Source: Clavelina lepadiformis
Lineage: Eukaryota
Length of the DNA stretch: 64,000 nucleotides
Direction: 5' to 3'
NCBI RefSeq assembly: GCF_947623445.1
Contig: NC_135244.1
Span: forward strand, 13,142,860 to 13,206,859
Below the pieces are notes generated by a model. It was given only the letters and a program-made list of their open reading frames with translations, was not told the DNA's origin and made no database searches. A program made the position numbers and the translations under genes. Every line of letters starts with the position of its first letter. Position 1 is the first letter of the stretch. Positions 1 to 12,200 of the stretch are shown here, one piece after another.

Positions 1-3000
1 CTATGCTGAAATCTCATGGGCACTTCGTTAGTGTGATGATCTAATAACAAACACCAAGATTGAGGGCAGTGGGAAACATCGTAAAAGCAAATCGCTGTAC
101 TGAAGTTAACCAAATAATGCATTGCAAACATTTACGAAATATATTGGTAGAGCTTAATCATACATACTATAACTTTAAAGATCTACAATGTGTGGAGATA
201 TTACGTTTTAGATGAAACAATTCAAAATTCTGCAAAAACCAATTTTAACTGTACTGGGTTCAGTGTGGTTTCCTTTAAACTGTTACTTAACCTTAAAAAA
301 CTTTTATATTCCTATACACATATTTCTGAGTATGCGTATAATGTAAGACATCAATCTCAATTACGTTTTCGTTAATGCTTCCTCCGAGAGCTAGCTCTAG
401 CTCAAGAAAGGATATCTAATTGCCGCTTTGAGCCAGATGCTGCTGCTTGGTGATTGCCAATCAAACCGCAAAGGCAGTCTTGGTGTCAACTGTGAAAATG
501 GGCAGAATCCCCTGATGCGTTTGGACTGTATTGAAAGAAATAGTCCAGCCATTAGAAGTTAGTTTCCGTCATTCATACAGCATTTAAGCTCACTGCTGCT
601 ATGAAATATCTGTTATTCTCTAGCAAAACAACCTGACTACTAAAGTTAATCTCTGTGCTGCTAAAAATAAAGATTGATTATTTTATAAAAGCAGGTTGAT
701 GTGATGTAAACCATTTATCATAAATAATGAGAACAAATGTCTGGTCTAAATCGAAATAAATAAAGACCATAGCTGAGTAATCAATTTCCACAATCGTAAG
801 CTGATTTTGTCCTAGAAAAGTATTAAAACATTTTTTACAAAACATTTATTAAGTTTGAAATTTAACAAAATGTGCAGAAATTCCCCCCAAAAAAATCTTT
901 TGATCCGCCGCTGATGGTAAGCTAGTGATTCAATTCAAAATAAACTCAGTTCATCTAATTAATCTTTCCCAGTTGTCTCACAATATACAAACTGTAGGCA
1001 TTCACAAATCTCTTTAATCGGCTATAGATAAGAGAAAAGGCGCTTGTTTTTTCAAACGTATCAAGTTCTAAATTCCACAATTTGTACACAATTTCGTGGA
1101 AAGATTCTGAATAAAAGCTATCACAAAAACATAGTCATTATACAATAGCCGTGTGTTTCATGTAAACTACAATGTGTTTACATCATAAACTTCAGATTCA
1201 AAAGAACAAAGCAAAACAAATTTATGCGGTCACCGAATGCGGAAGCCAATCTGTGGGATTTTTTCAATATGAAAAGGACGCTTAACCCAACACTTTATGT
1301 GAATAAAAAAGCGTTGAAATTGCTTAGCAGCGTTTAAGCTATTCTTTCATCCACGTTAACTTGCCTCGACATGGCATGTCATACTGGTCAAAAGTGAAAA
1401 CCGTTATGTGTAAGGTATTGCGATGGCCAAAAAACGCCTAATCGCGGGTGTTCACGTGTTAGCAAAAGTGAAGTAATTGGTTGAGATGGAATGTTTGCTA
1501 AATTGGACGGAAAGATTACAAATATTCTACTAGGGATAACAAAGTTCGGCGTGCAATTTTATGAATCTCATGCTTGCATGTGCAACACTTCCCAATATAT
1601 ATAGTAATCTATAGATTATATAGTTACAACCTATAACCTAAACCCAGTCTGCGATTACACTGCAGCCGCCAGCCTTCAAAGACTAAAACGTTCTCGTCTA
1701 CTTTGGCAATCAACGATCCCAAGCCACCATTTTACCCTTTGTTAACGTGTTTGTGTCCACTTAGCCAACCCAGTATATACCGTACAGGTATTGGTTTGCA
1801 CTTTTGTCTAGTAATTGTTACAATGGTTGTATATGAGAAGAGATTGATTCTCTTTAAACTTTGCTAAATTGGACAGCCTTTGAAGTTTTGCAATTTCTTT
1901 GTAAATAGTTTTGTGAACACGTTCAAAACTCCCGCTCCACAGTGATTGGATGCTTTAGGTTTAGGAGGTTGGCCACCTAGCCTGGGCCTGGACGTAGCCC
2001 TGAGGATGGGGCCGCTGACATGATCCTCTGGAAAAAATTGAATTTACAAGGTTTGAAATGCATAAAATTTTGCATTTTCTTTCAAAACCAAAAGGCCGAG
2101 ATATTTTTGTGCATTTCCTCACACTTTTGGTTCATAAAGCTAATTAGCATTAACCAATGAATTACTCATGTACTGAAAAAAGCTATGAATATAGTTAACA
2201 ATAATACTCGTATGCCGTGGGAAAATATAATCTGTTCTCCAAGTCTAAACGACCAACAGATGTACGGCAGAAACTACCTCTTACCTGTAAGTATACTTAA
2301 GGCGCCTATAGGTTGTTCGTTAAGCACAAATTATTTCATCGATTGTAAGTTGGGGTCTTCTATGATAGACTTATATACTCACGTTGGGTTTGGCTTAATT
2401 GGGTCAATATCTTACCAATCGACACACGAATTGTACATATTTCGCAACACCTCTCCACTCTTTCACGAGCAATCAAAAGCCGAATCACACTGTTTTGCTA
2501 GTATGCCGCACTTTATTAGATCCCCCACCCGTCTCGTTTGTGTATACTTGCTCAAGGACAAACTTGATGGGAAGTGAATATTATTGTCACAACCAGCGTT
2601 TGGCATAAAACGCATAACATTTTTCACTCTATACTTCCTATAGCTATGCCACAAACAGCAAGTGCATCGATAATTTCAAATAGGTCTGAAGTACACTATA
2701 GGATCCAAACGTCTGCGTATATTCTAGAACTTGTTTTTAGGTGTGAGTATGGCATATGTCAAAAAATCAACAAGAACAATGTCCTCATACCAACAGGGAC
2801 TGTTAAATATTATAATCAGAGCTCCTGCCCAGGACGACCAGCAGCAAGTGCCTAATAAACCGCTCTAAACAACAAGTTCGGTCGGTACCTTCGAACAACA
2901 ATACAGCAAGGGCATGACTTCGAGCAAGCTCAATGTCATTATGCATTTCGCCCACAGATATCGGGGCCTTGTCATCCTCATCTAAGAAACTCGGCAGACA

Positions 3001-3449
3001 AGCTAGATAGCTACCACTTCTCAACTTCTCGCTTTCTGGTCCACAGTCCACACTAAGCAGAATGACATGGGCCATGGCCTTACCACGTTTCTCATGAGAG
3101 CTTAAGACGGTCTTTCGTCAGACAATCTCTGCCGGCCGCAGAGATTGAGCATGAGTGTATGTAAATGCAGACAATTATGACATCATCAATGTACACAAGC
3201 ACCCGCCATCTTGGATGTCATCATCGTCGCTTCCCTGTTTTTCTCACCCAGTTCATATACTGATGACTTCATCTGCCACCGGAGATACAACTACACCATC
3301 ATCAACCACGGAAAACGTCAGATTTTCTAAGCAACTAACGACAACCTGGCTCTTCACTTCAGCGCAAATGATGAAGCCTTCTTCTCCAGACGCTAGGGAA
3401 TAAGATGAAAATTCGGGCTTAGCGTTTGCAAACATTGATGCTGGCAGCC

Positions 3450-4530
3450 AATTACCGAACAGATGTGTGGTTGGGAAGTTCAGGCTATCCTAGCATCGGC
3501 CTTCACATATCACTGTTTGCGAACTCGCGACATCAGTTCCAAGCACTTTAACATTATTGCTAACGAGTCCGTATTAGTACTATACTGTTATCTGATTTCA
3601 CAAATACAGACTGGAGGCGTAAGAAAACTATTTAATTGCCCTACACTGTCAAAAAAACGTTCCGTGAGGAAGCGGCCATTGTTATAACTACTCGCCATAC
3701 TGGAGTTCTGGAAGTAAGAACTTTTGCCGCTTTTTTGTAGTGCCTATCCAGGCACAACTCCTATCAACGCAACATCCACTCTTTCGGAATAATTCACTGC
3801 TAAAAAGCTAAAATGGACCTAAAATGCCATCCTAAAATGGTGGATGAAACTTGTGAATGTCATCGACTTTCCACACTCCAGCTGCAAGGCATTGTGAAAC
3901 AGCCATACTGGCCGCTAAGTTCACTTTCCTCATACGTGTTCCCTCCTTACAAGTGCTAATATCAACCAACTGGTTAAAAACCGGATGCAGGATAAAGGCA
4001 CCACAAGTCGACTGGACTTTTTGCAAAGGAAGTGTCTGACCTATGGAGGGTAAAATACCTGACGGTGAAAACACCTTGAACAATTTCTTCCCAGATGAGT
4101 TTGCCGTTGCCTTCCAGCAAGCAAGGCCAGACAAAGCCCGGACCCAAACAATGCCTACCGGAAGTGCTTGCTTGCAACACTATATACTCCCTAAAACCTG
4201 ACAAAAAGCTATTTGACAATTCCTATTTGCTATCCGAGATCCTCACAATCTGCTACGGGACCCAAACAGCTATCGTCCAATACCTCTTCCTTGAGTTTCC
4301 TTCAAGATCCTCGAGCGCCTGATCTACGACCGCGTGAAATCCATTGTCGATTCCCGACTACTACTAGAGCGGGTCGGGTACAAGTCAGGAGGGTAGGAAG
4401 TTAACTGAAGACCAGATCACTTTTATGACGCAAGACATCAAGGACAGTTTCAAGGACAGGCTAGGCAAACGTCCAGTGTTCTACTTTTCACCTTACATCC
4501 GCCTGCGATATATTATGGCACCGCGGCATT
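3450..4530 (+). mobile_element. degenerate non-LTR (CR1/RTE-like LINE) reverse-transcriptase fragment
   Basis: Around 4150-4400 the + strand encodes LINE RT domain 0/1 motifs (KPDKKLFDNSYLLSEILTI; FKILERLIYDRVKSIVDSRLLLERVGYKSGG; TEDQITFMTQDIKDSF), interrupted by stops and frameshifts. No intact ORF. Boundaries are approximate. Confidence 0.45.
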
Positions 4531-5871
4531 GGGTAGATTATTACTACTGAAAAATGAGGAAAAACACGCAAACATGCAAGATCGATAAAATATTATACAA
4601 TTAACGGTAGAGTCGAGTAATTAGCGCAAACACAACGTTTAAAACGAAGTGAATGAACCAAGTGAAGTAACCAAGTAGTCACGCCAATGTCACCGCGTGG
4701 TGGCGCCATGCCTGCCCGCTTCTTTATCTTATGCCAGACAGGCACATGGTCCGTATGATTATGGTGTATGTCTAGGGTTGTCATACGTACGGATTTTCCC
4801 GGACATTTCGGTGTTGAAATCTGTGTCAGGGCATAATTCTAAAAATTACTCTAATGTCCGGAATTTTTGCATCTATTAAGTTATGTTTAACTTGAAATAA
4901 TAAACTCGTGTTGTGAAAATGAAAGTTTCAACTTTTTACGGACTTCTAGGCCTATCGGCTAAAAGACCTCGCCCTAGCGCTAATCTAGTGTAATTTTTCA
5001 GCTAACTTTGTTTTGTGACATAGTGATTTTCATTATTTTGTAATTATTTGAATTGGCTTTTTTATTTTTCCAGTCATTCGACTATGCTAGTTTATTTTTT
5101 GTGGAATCAATTTTCCTGTTCGCTTTATGGTGACTAAACCTACCTTTGTATTTCGTAACTTTTAGGTAGTGATTGTGGCAAAATTGGCCTTTTCTACTAT
5201 GGTAACCCTATGTATGTTTAACACCGGAACTTTTCCTTTACCACAAGTCAAGCTTAGCAATATGCTACACGACTCCGCAAGGATTGGTAATGGAAATATT
5301 TTTGTAAAGTCTACACCCAAGATATACCGAACACGATATCGTCCAACTTCACCTACGCGGGAAACGTAGCAATGGTTTACTAGGCAAGAAAATTTGTAGC
5401 AGTGGAGGCTAACACCCTTTACCAGGGGAAGACTATTATAGCTGTTTACTTCCAAAAAGGGAGATTGAAGCTCAACGAAACTAAGTCTGGGCAGTCTTTC
5501 ACCTTAGCTACAAGAAAGCAAATTATTAGCTCAAAGCTAGCATCAACAGCACGGCTGTCCTCTCCCCAAAATACATTGTGGTGACCTTGGACAGAGCGCA
5601 CATGTTTTGCCGATACCTTTAGTAATTATGCAAGGTACATTTCACGTTGGTTGGGCATTAAATTTTTGAAAGTGGCTATTTCGCCGTGCGTACAGGTGCA
5701 TTACGTGGACTGTTATTAAAGATTGGCACTTTAGTGGGGAGAATTGACAACTTATACCAACGATGTTACTTTAATCAACGAAAGGTAACAATGACGCTTT
5801 GGAACACAGCGGATAAACATTCAGCGCGCTGTATTTAGAGTAGCTGGGGCTGGGCATGCGAAGATAAATAA

Positions 5872-6078
5872 CCTTGAGTCTCATAATCTCAAGGTCGTTG
5901 TTCTGCTTTTCTTAATCTTAGAATTAATTGTTCACTTTGACAACTGTATATTCTGATTATATTGAAGCTTCTTTGAACGAATACATCTAGATAAAGCATT
6001 GGTACAGCAACTACAGCATAAAGACGTCCATGTTGCGGCGTTGTTCGTAATAGCAAGAAAAAGAATGAATAACTCAAA
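5872..6078 (-). repeat. truncated solo-LTR fragment of the 16432..17990 LTR element family (inverted orientation)
   Basis: About 207 bp, roughly 90% identical to the reverse complement of LTR positions about 110-320 (ctcaaggtcgttgtt...gcggcgttgttcgtaatagcaagaa...gaataactca). Confidence 0.55.
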
Positions 6079-6299
6079 ATGCACATCAATAACCAGGAAG
6101 CAATCGATTACGTCACCCAGTGTTATGCTTCGCTGATTCGATAGATGAGAATTCTATGTCTTACACAATCTTATATTAATTTATAATATTATCACAATCT
6201 GTTTAATGAGTAGGCTACCCCGCTTCTGACAATTGCAAAAATCATAAAATTTAGGAAATTGAAAATCTGTCAGCGGAATCGGGTAACTTTTTGGGAAGT

Positions 6300-7025
6300 C
6301 ACTGTTTTTCTATCGTGTCGCGCTTGAATTTTGCTCGATTCTTAGGAGTAGGCTAACTTTTAAGACTCAACTCTTAAGAGTACACCTTAATTAACTCAAA
6401 ATTACTAGGCCTATCCTTTTCGATCAATTGGGTCGAGCAAAAAGGATACTATTGTAAAGGTGAGTAAGTTCCTGTTAATGTTAGCAAATAAAAAATTGAG
6501 AATACCGAGTTAGATTTCTCATCAGAACCGATTAAAATTTTTGGTCAAATCAATGCATTTCTATCGCATCATGCTTGGATCAGCTGATCGTTTTTCGGAG
6601 TTGCTTAACGTTAATCAGCTTAAAATTACTAGTTTTACTACCATTTTTGATTAATTGGAACGAGCAAAAAGAATACCATTGTGAAGATGAGAAAATTCCT
6701 CTTAACATTAGCAAATAAGAAAGTGGGTAAATGAAATTAAATTTCTTACCAAAGATGATTAAAATATTTTGCTGAATCACTGCATTTTTATTGTGTCACG
6801 TTTGGATTTTGCTCGGCTCTTAGGAGTAGGCTACAAGTTAGCGTAATTAGCTCTAAATTGCCACTTTTTTGATCAATTGGAGCGAGCAAAAAGGATACCA
6901 TTGTTAATGTGAGTAAATTCCTGTTAATATTAGTAAATAAAAAAGTGGGAACACCAAGTTATATTTGTGAGCAGACAAAATTTTTGGTTTAATCACTGCA
7001 TTTTCCATCGCGCTCGTGGAGAACT
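6300..7025. repeat. tandem satellite, about 235-bp unit x about 3.1
   Basis: Three consecutive units share cactgcattt..tatcg.gtc.cg.ttggattttgctcg..cttaggagtaggcta ... tgatcaattgg.gcgagcaaaaaggata..attgt.aa.gtgagtaa.ttcctgttaat.ttagcaaataaaaaa.tggga, plus a partial fourth unit start. Confidence 0.8.
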
Positions 7026-9195
7026 TATGATGATATTATAATTTAAATTCCTTCACTGCTGTGCAAATCTTGCTTGATCATCTGGTTTGGGTGCCTTGAT
7101 CACGCATGTTGCTTTGCTTTGCATTTGACGCACGGTCGTGCTGTCGCGTTGCCCTTTTGTTGTTATTGGTTCTATGATCTTGCTAGGATTCAGATTCAGT
7201 TATTATAGGCTAGCCTATAATAACTAGGGCGATTCAAAGTCTATAAAGTCAATTTTTCTGATTTTAGCTCGATTTGTGTTTTTGCACGGGTGATGCACAT
7301 TTTTTTGCATAATATATTCTTAAAAATTTTACTTTTCAGTTTTTCTGAAAAGAAGATAAAAACAGGTGACAGAACATAGGACTTTGACTATCAATATCAT
7401 AACTTTATGACGCATTGATGTAAAATGCTATACATATGTGTCAGCATTATAATTTAAGTAGTTAATTAAAGTGAATTTTCTGTTTTTTTTGTTCTTTTAT
7501 ATATTGTGTTGAATAAGGCTAATAATGTCAATTTTTTAAGTTTTTTAGGTCAATAAAGAATCATCCTACTAACAACTATTGTCATTAGTTTTCTATGGTA
7601 AGACAATTGACTTGGCTAATAACATAAAAGCTTGAGTCAATTGATCCACATCCGAAACCAAGGCATCAGAAAGCAAAAGTATTGTTTTTGTTGACAAGAA
7701 ACAGTGTGTTTCGGTGTTTGTAGACAACTAAATTCATTTTTTGTTGCACTGTAATGTGTTCGGAAGAAAGTATAAGAAACTACTGTTCAGTTGACCTAGT
7801 CAAAGGTCTAAATTGTGCGATAGTACATTAGGCTATAAACCTACCGGTACTATAAAAAATCAAAAAACCAAAACAAAAAATGTGTGGCAATCGGAATTTT
7901 CACTAAGGCTAGCTGGGTAATCCGTAACTGGGACTCGATCGATGAAGAATTATCTTCAGTTAACCCAGTTTTAAGTCGTGCAAAGACTTTGCTCAGTCCG
8001 AGGATGAAGATTCGGCTGTTATGCCATACCTCAATACTGAAATATAATTTAAATGAACCGACTGGAGTCAAGTCGAGTCATTTTAATTATATTCTCAAGT
8101 TAAGTCTTAATTTTCTTGAAAGGAACTCCAGACATCTTTAAAAAAGTGACTCTAGTCATTACGACTTTACCCAACTGGAAAATAGGGCAGTTTTCGACGA
8201 GCTTTTCTTAACTTATTAGAACTTGGCGTATCAAGTAAACTATTTAGCATACAAGTTAATAAATCTCGTGCGTCCAGGGGCCACACTTTCTACTATGACT
8301 ACTCTGTCCTACTAGACCCAAAAAATGAACATATAATCAACTGATTAGGTAACCATAATGGAAGATGTGGCGCCTCAAACACACATGAGATTTATTAACA
8401 TGCACACCAAACTTTTTGATTGTCACACTGTTTTGAAACAAATAAACAAAGAAAAAGCCAGTTGTTTGTAAACAAAGAGTTGAGGCTTGAGTGCACGCTA
8501 TCACCCGATGATTTGGCACAATAAAATACAATAGAACAGAAAATGGTGGAACCGAAAACGGCAACACTGGTAAACAACGACATGGAAAATATTGATATAG
8601 GAAATGACAGTACCGAAAAATGACGGCAATTAGTGGTGTTTCTTTTTAAAACTTTAATTTGTCTTTGCTCCGCAAATTTGTGCTTTTTGCTTCATGTACG
8701 CATTTAATTTACTCAAAGAATATAAAAGACTTTTATACTCGATTTGCTAGTCCTCATTAACATTTTATATCATACCGTCAAGCTGTTTCTTTTAGACTTT
8801 GTTAAATTGCTTTTCTCTTATTATATCCCTCCTTGAAACCGACAGTTTGATTAGTTTTGATTTGTTCTCGAAAACTGCTGTAATTTCCAGTAAGATTGAT
8901 TTGTGATTATTATTGGCGATTCCTGAATTTGTACTTATAAAATTTGATTACTGATAAAATTTTATTGATTGACAATCGATTATGATTACCCCAACTTTGC
9001 TTACAACCCCATTAATTTTGGGCCACAAGCTTTGTAACCGCGTTTAGTTACAAGTTTATAGTTAGGCAAGCCTTTTTAAAAATGGAAATATATAAGTTCT
9101 AAATGATTGGTTTGTCCCATAATGATTCTAGGTAGTAGAGGTAAATTAGAGTATAAATTTAATTTCATATATGGTTTGAATATACTCTTATAACA

Positions 9196-9277
9196 ATGGT
9201 AGCTAAGTTATTTTATGTGTTATACTTACTGGTTGCAATTTTCTGCAATATCACCAACATCCTTGCTCAAACTTCAA
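9196..9277 (+). CDS. CTNS: CTNS coding exon 1 (start codon, signal peptide)
   Basis: ATG at 9196. Hydrophobic [27 protein letters not shown]. Donor GTAAGT at 9278. Ends in phase 1. Confidence 0.5.
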
Positions 9278-12200
9278 GTAAGTTATATGTAAGTAGGATA
9301 TTTTTTTGGTAGTTGACATAAAAATACGAATAAGCAACAACGAAACAACAAGTTTAGTTGAGTATTACCTTTGCTGTTACAAAATGTTGCATTTCAGTGC
9401 CTTTTGTTTTATCTTGGGATGAAAGTGTGAAGCTTCTAAAAGGAGAAACAAAAAACATCACTTTCTTTTTGAACGAAGCTTTGGCAGAGCCTGTCAGTCT
9501 TTACTTGAACACATCATATAAGCATCCATCTAGTGGACCTGATCCTCTTAGTTATCCACACCAGGTACTTATGTTATAGTGAAGCAATTTTACATCTTAA
9601 GAGTACAGTGCAAGGTATATAGAGTTATAGACTTAACTTTTATATTTAAAAATGAGTTAAGATCTTTTTGTTGCTAAAATTAAATGGGTGTGTACTGAAA
9701 TTTATTAATCTAGATTTTGTCAGCTGCAAAAAGCCTTTTTGAGTTTTATTTGAGGTCACTTACATTTTAAACATTAAAAGCAAATTTTGCTATGACATTT
9801 CAAATAACTGGTTTATAGTTATGCAAACATTTTGTTGCAAAAAATTTTATACTTTACACCAGCGGTTCTTAATTGGTGCGAAATTTCCCATCTATGGAAA
9901 CTGGCACTGTCGTGTTACCAGCCAAAATAAGAGGTTTCAGACGTGCAGTCAATACCATCCGTAAACCTCTTATTGCTTGGATATGTTACACGTTTTATTC
10001 AAATTCCTGTTAAATTCCCTATAGTAAATGACCTCTACTTATGTTCTATCTATTTAAACTATATATACACATTCTGTTTGGCGTAACCTTTAAATTGATA
10101 CCACACATGATATTTTTATATTAATATAGATTAGATAAGTCATAATTAAGAGGTATGTGAAAAAGGGGCATGGTTTATGACAATAAAAAACATTGCCCAT
10201 GTTGCCAAGGTGGCACCCGTCAGATTCTTGAAGTAGACACCCTATACCAGGGGCCGGGAACTTTTTTGGCTAAGGGAGCCATGTAAGCTACATATTTTTG
10301 ATTGTATTTCCGTGAGAGCCATATAATATTTTTCAACACTTAATGCAACTAACATGTGCGTTTTTAAGTAAAACCAACAATTTTAGACAACGGTAAATGT
10401 CTGAATTACTCTTTAATAACATGCTTCTTACTGCTAATGCGACTTACAATTACAGAAAACATATTATTCGTAATAATTGTGCTAAGAAATGCCAGCTTAG
10501 ATTTATCTGGAAACCAGATGCCATCATCAAAAGAGCCACATCTGGCTCGCGAGCCATAGGTTTCCAACCTCTGCCCTATACTATCATTTTCAGCAAAAAA
10601 TTGCATATGTACCTAAACAACAATCATGTCATAATTTTGTTCAAATCTACCTGACTAATATCATTTTCTTGTGCAATAATGATGTAATAAAATTTTTCAC
10701 CAAAATACCCTTTTTCATCAAAAATTTGAATTTTTATGATTTTATTCACAAAAAAAGTATCAAATCAGATGATAATGAGTAAACAAATATAAGCAATCGC
10801 AGATACATCATAAATAGATACATATCAAACTGAACCATTATTTTAATATGACCAACGATGGCAACTAGTGGAAACTATCCGACCACAAAGGTTTAAATTA
10901 GTTTAAAATTAAAAGAATTTAATCACGGCAGTGTCTATTGCATCGAGTTGGATCCAAAAAAGTGTAGTGTGCTATTTCAGAATGCTGCTATTGCCCGGTT
11001 TCAAAAAAACGGTAGTGTGGGCCAGGAGCCAAGTGCAGATATTGTATGCATTTCAATAAAATATAGTTTTCAATGTTTTGTGGGCATAACATATAACAAA
11101 AAGTAGGTAGCAATTGCATAATAACGTAATATATAATTTAACGTTTCTAACAGCATCTACGTTACATAATTACCTAAATTTCCTAATTATTGTCAATTAC
11201 GTGCAAGACTGTTTGAAAGTGAAGAATTTTGAATTGTTGAATATCGGCATCTACAATTCCAGAAGATTCTTAATACTCTAGTCATCTATTAATCATTTGT
11301 GGCAAGTGTGACTCTGACTCTTCAGCATGGGATTCCATGAAATTTCCGAAAACGTTTGCTCACCCACTTTGCTCTATACTTTTCAACATTTTGCAGCTTA
11401 CTATTTTAGGGGTATCTGAAAGTTTTAAAATATCCTTGTTTCTTAAAATACGGAAGATTTTAACTAAATGTTTTAACGCAAGGCTCAGTTATGCACTGCA
11501 CAACATTTTGGTTGAGTTTGAGCAACTTGACAAAAGGTAAAACTGGAGGTTGTAAAACCCTTGACATGGAATGATGCATGACTTTTTTCTTCTTGACGCT
11601 GGTTATTTGTTTTTGGTAGATTGACTTTGGTACAAATGTTACGAAAAAGTATGTACCCGTCACAGGTGCAGTTGTCGGCCAGATTGTTATTAATGTCACA
11701 TCAACTCAACTAATGTAAGAAACATTTGTGCTAATATTGATAAACGCTATTACTTTGCTTTTCAGTAAAATATGCTTTTGGTAATTACAGCAACTGGTGA
11801 TGTCATTATATTTAATACTTGTTCCCATACAGTGTAGCCTATATAGTTTTAGTGTTATAGTAATTTTAAGTTTAACCATTTTATGTTTATATAGTAATTA
11901 AAGTATTTCCATAACCAAAGTTCTTCTTTTTGTGTTAGACTTCCTGACAAAGAAAATCTAACAAACACTATCCGTGGATATGTTGTACGAAGTTACACAC
12001 TTACTACTATTAACACTGTCATTGGATGGGTGTATTTTGTTGCTTGGTCTGTCTCATTTTACCCACAAGTTGTTTTGAACTTTCAACGTAAAAGGTTTGT
12101 TTGCTTTTGCGTAGTTCTATCATTTGGTTTTTGGCACAAAGATGGCAGAAGAACAAATACAGTATATTTTTATTTCTTGTTTTTATAGCGTTATTGGACT

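Noticed and set aside
2185-2577. 130-aa + ORF
   Set aside because: No homology, low-complexity context, and no splice-site support.
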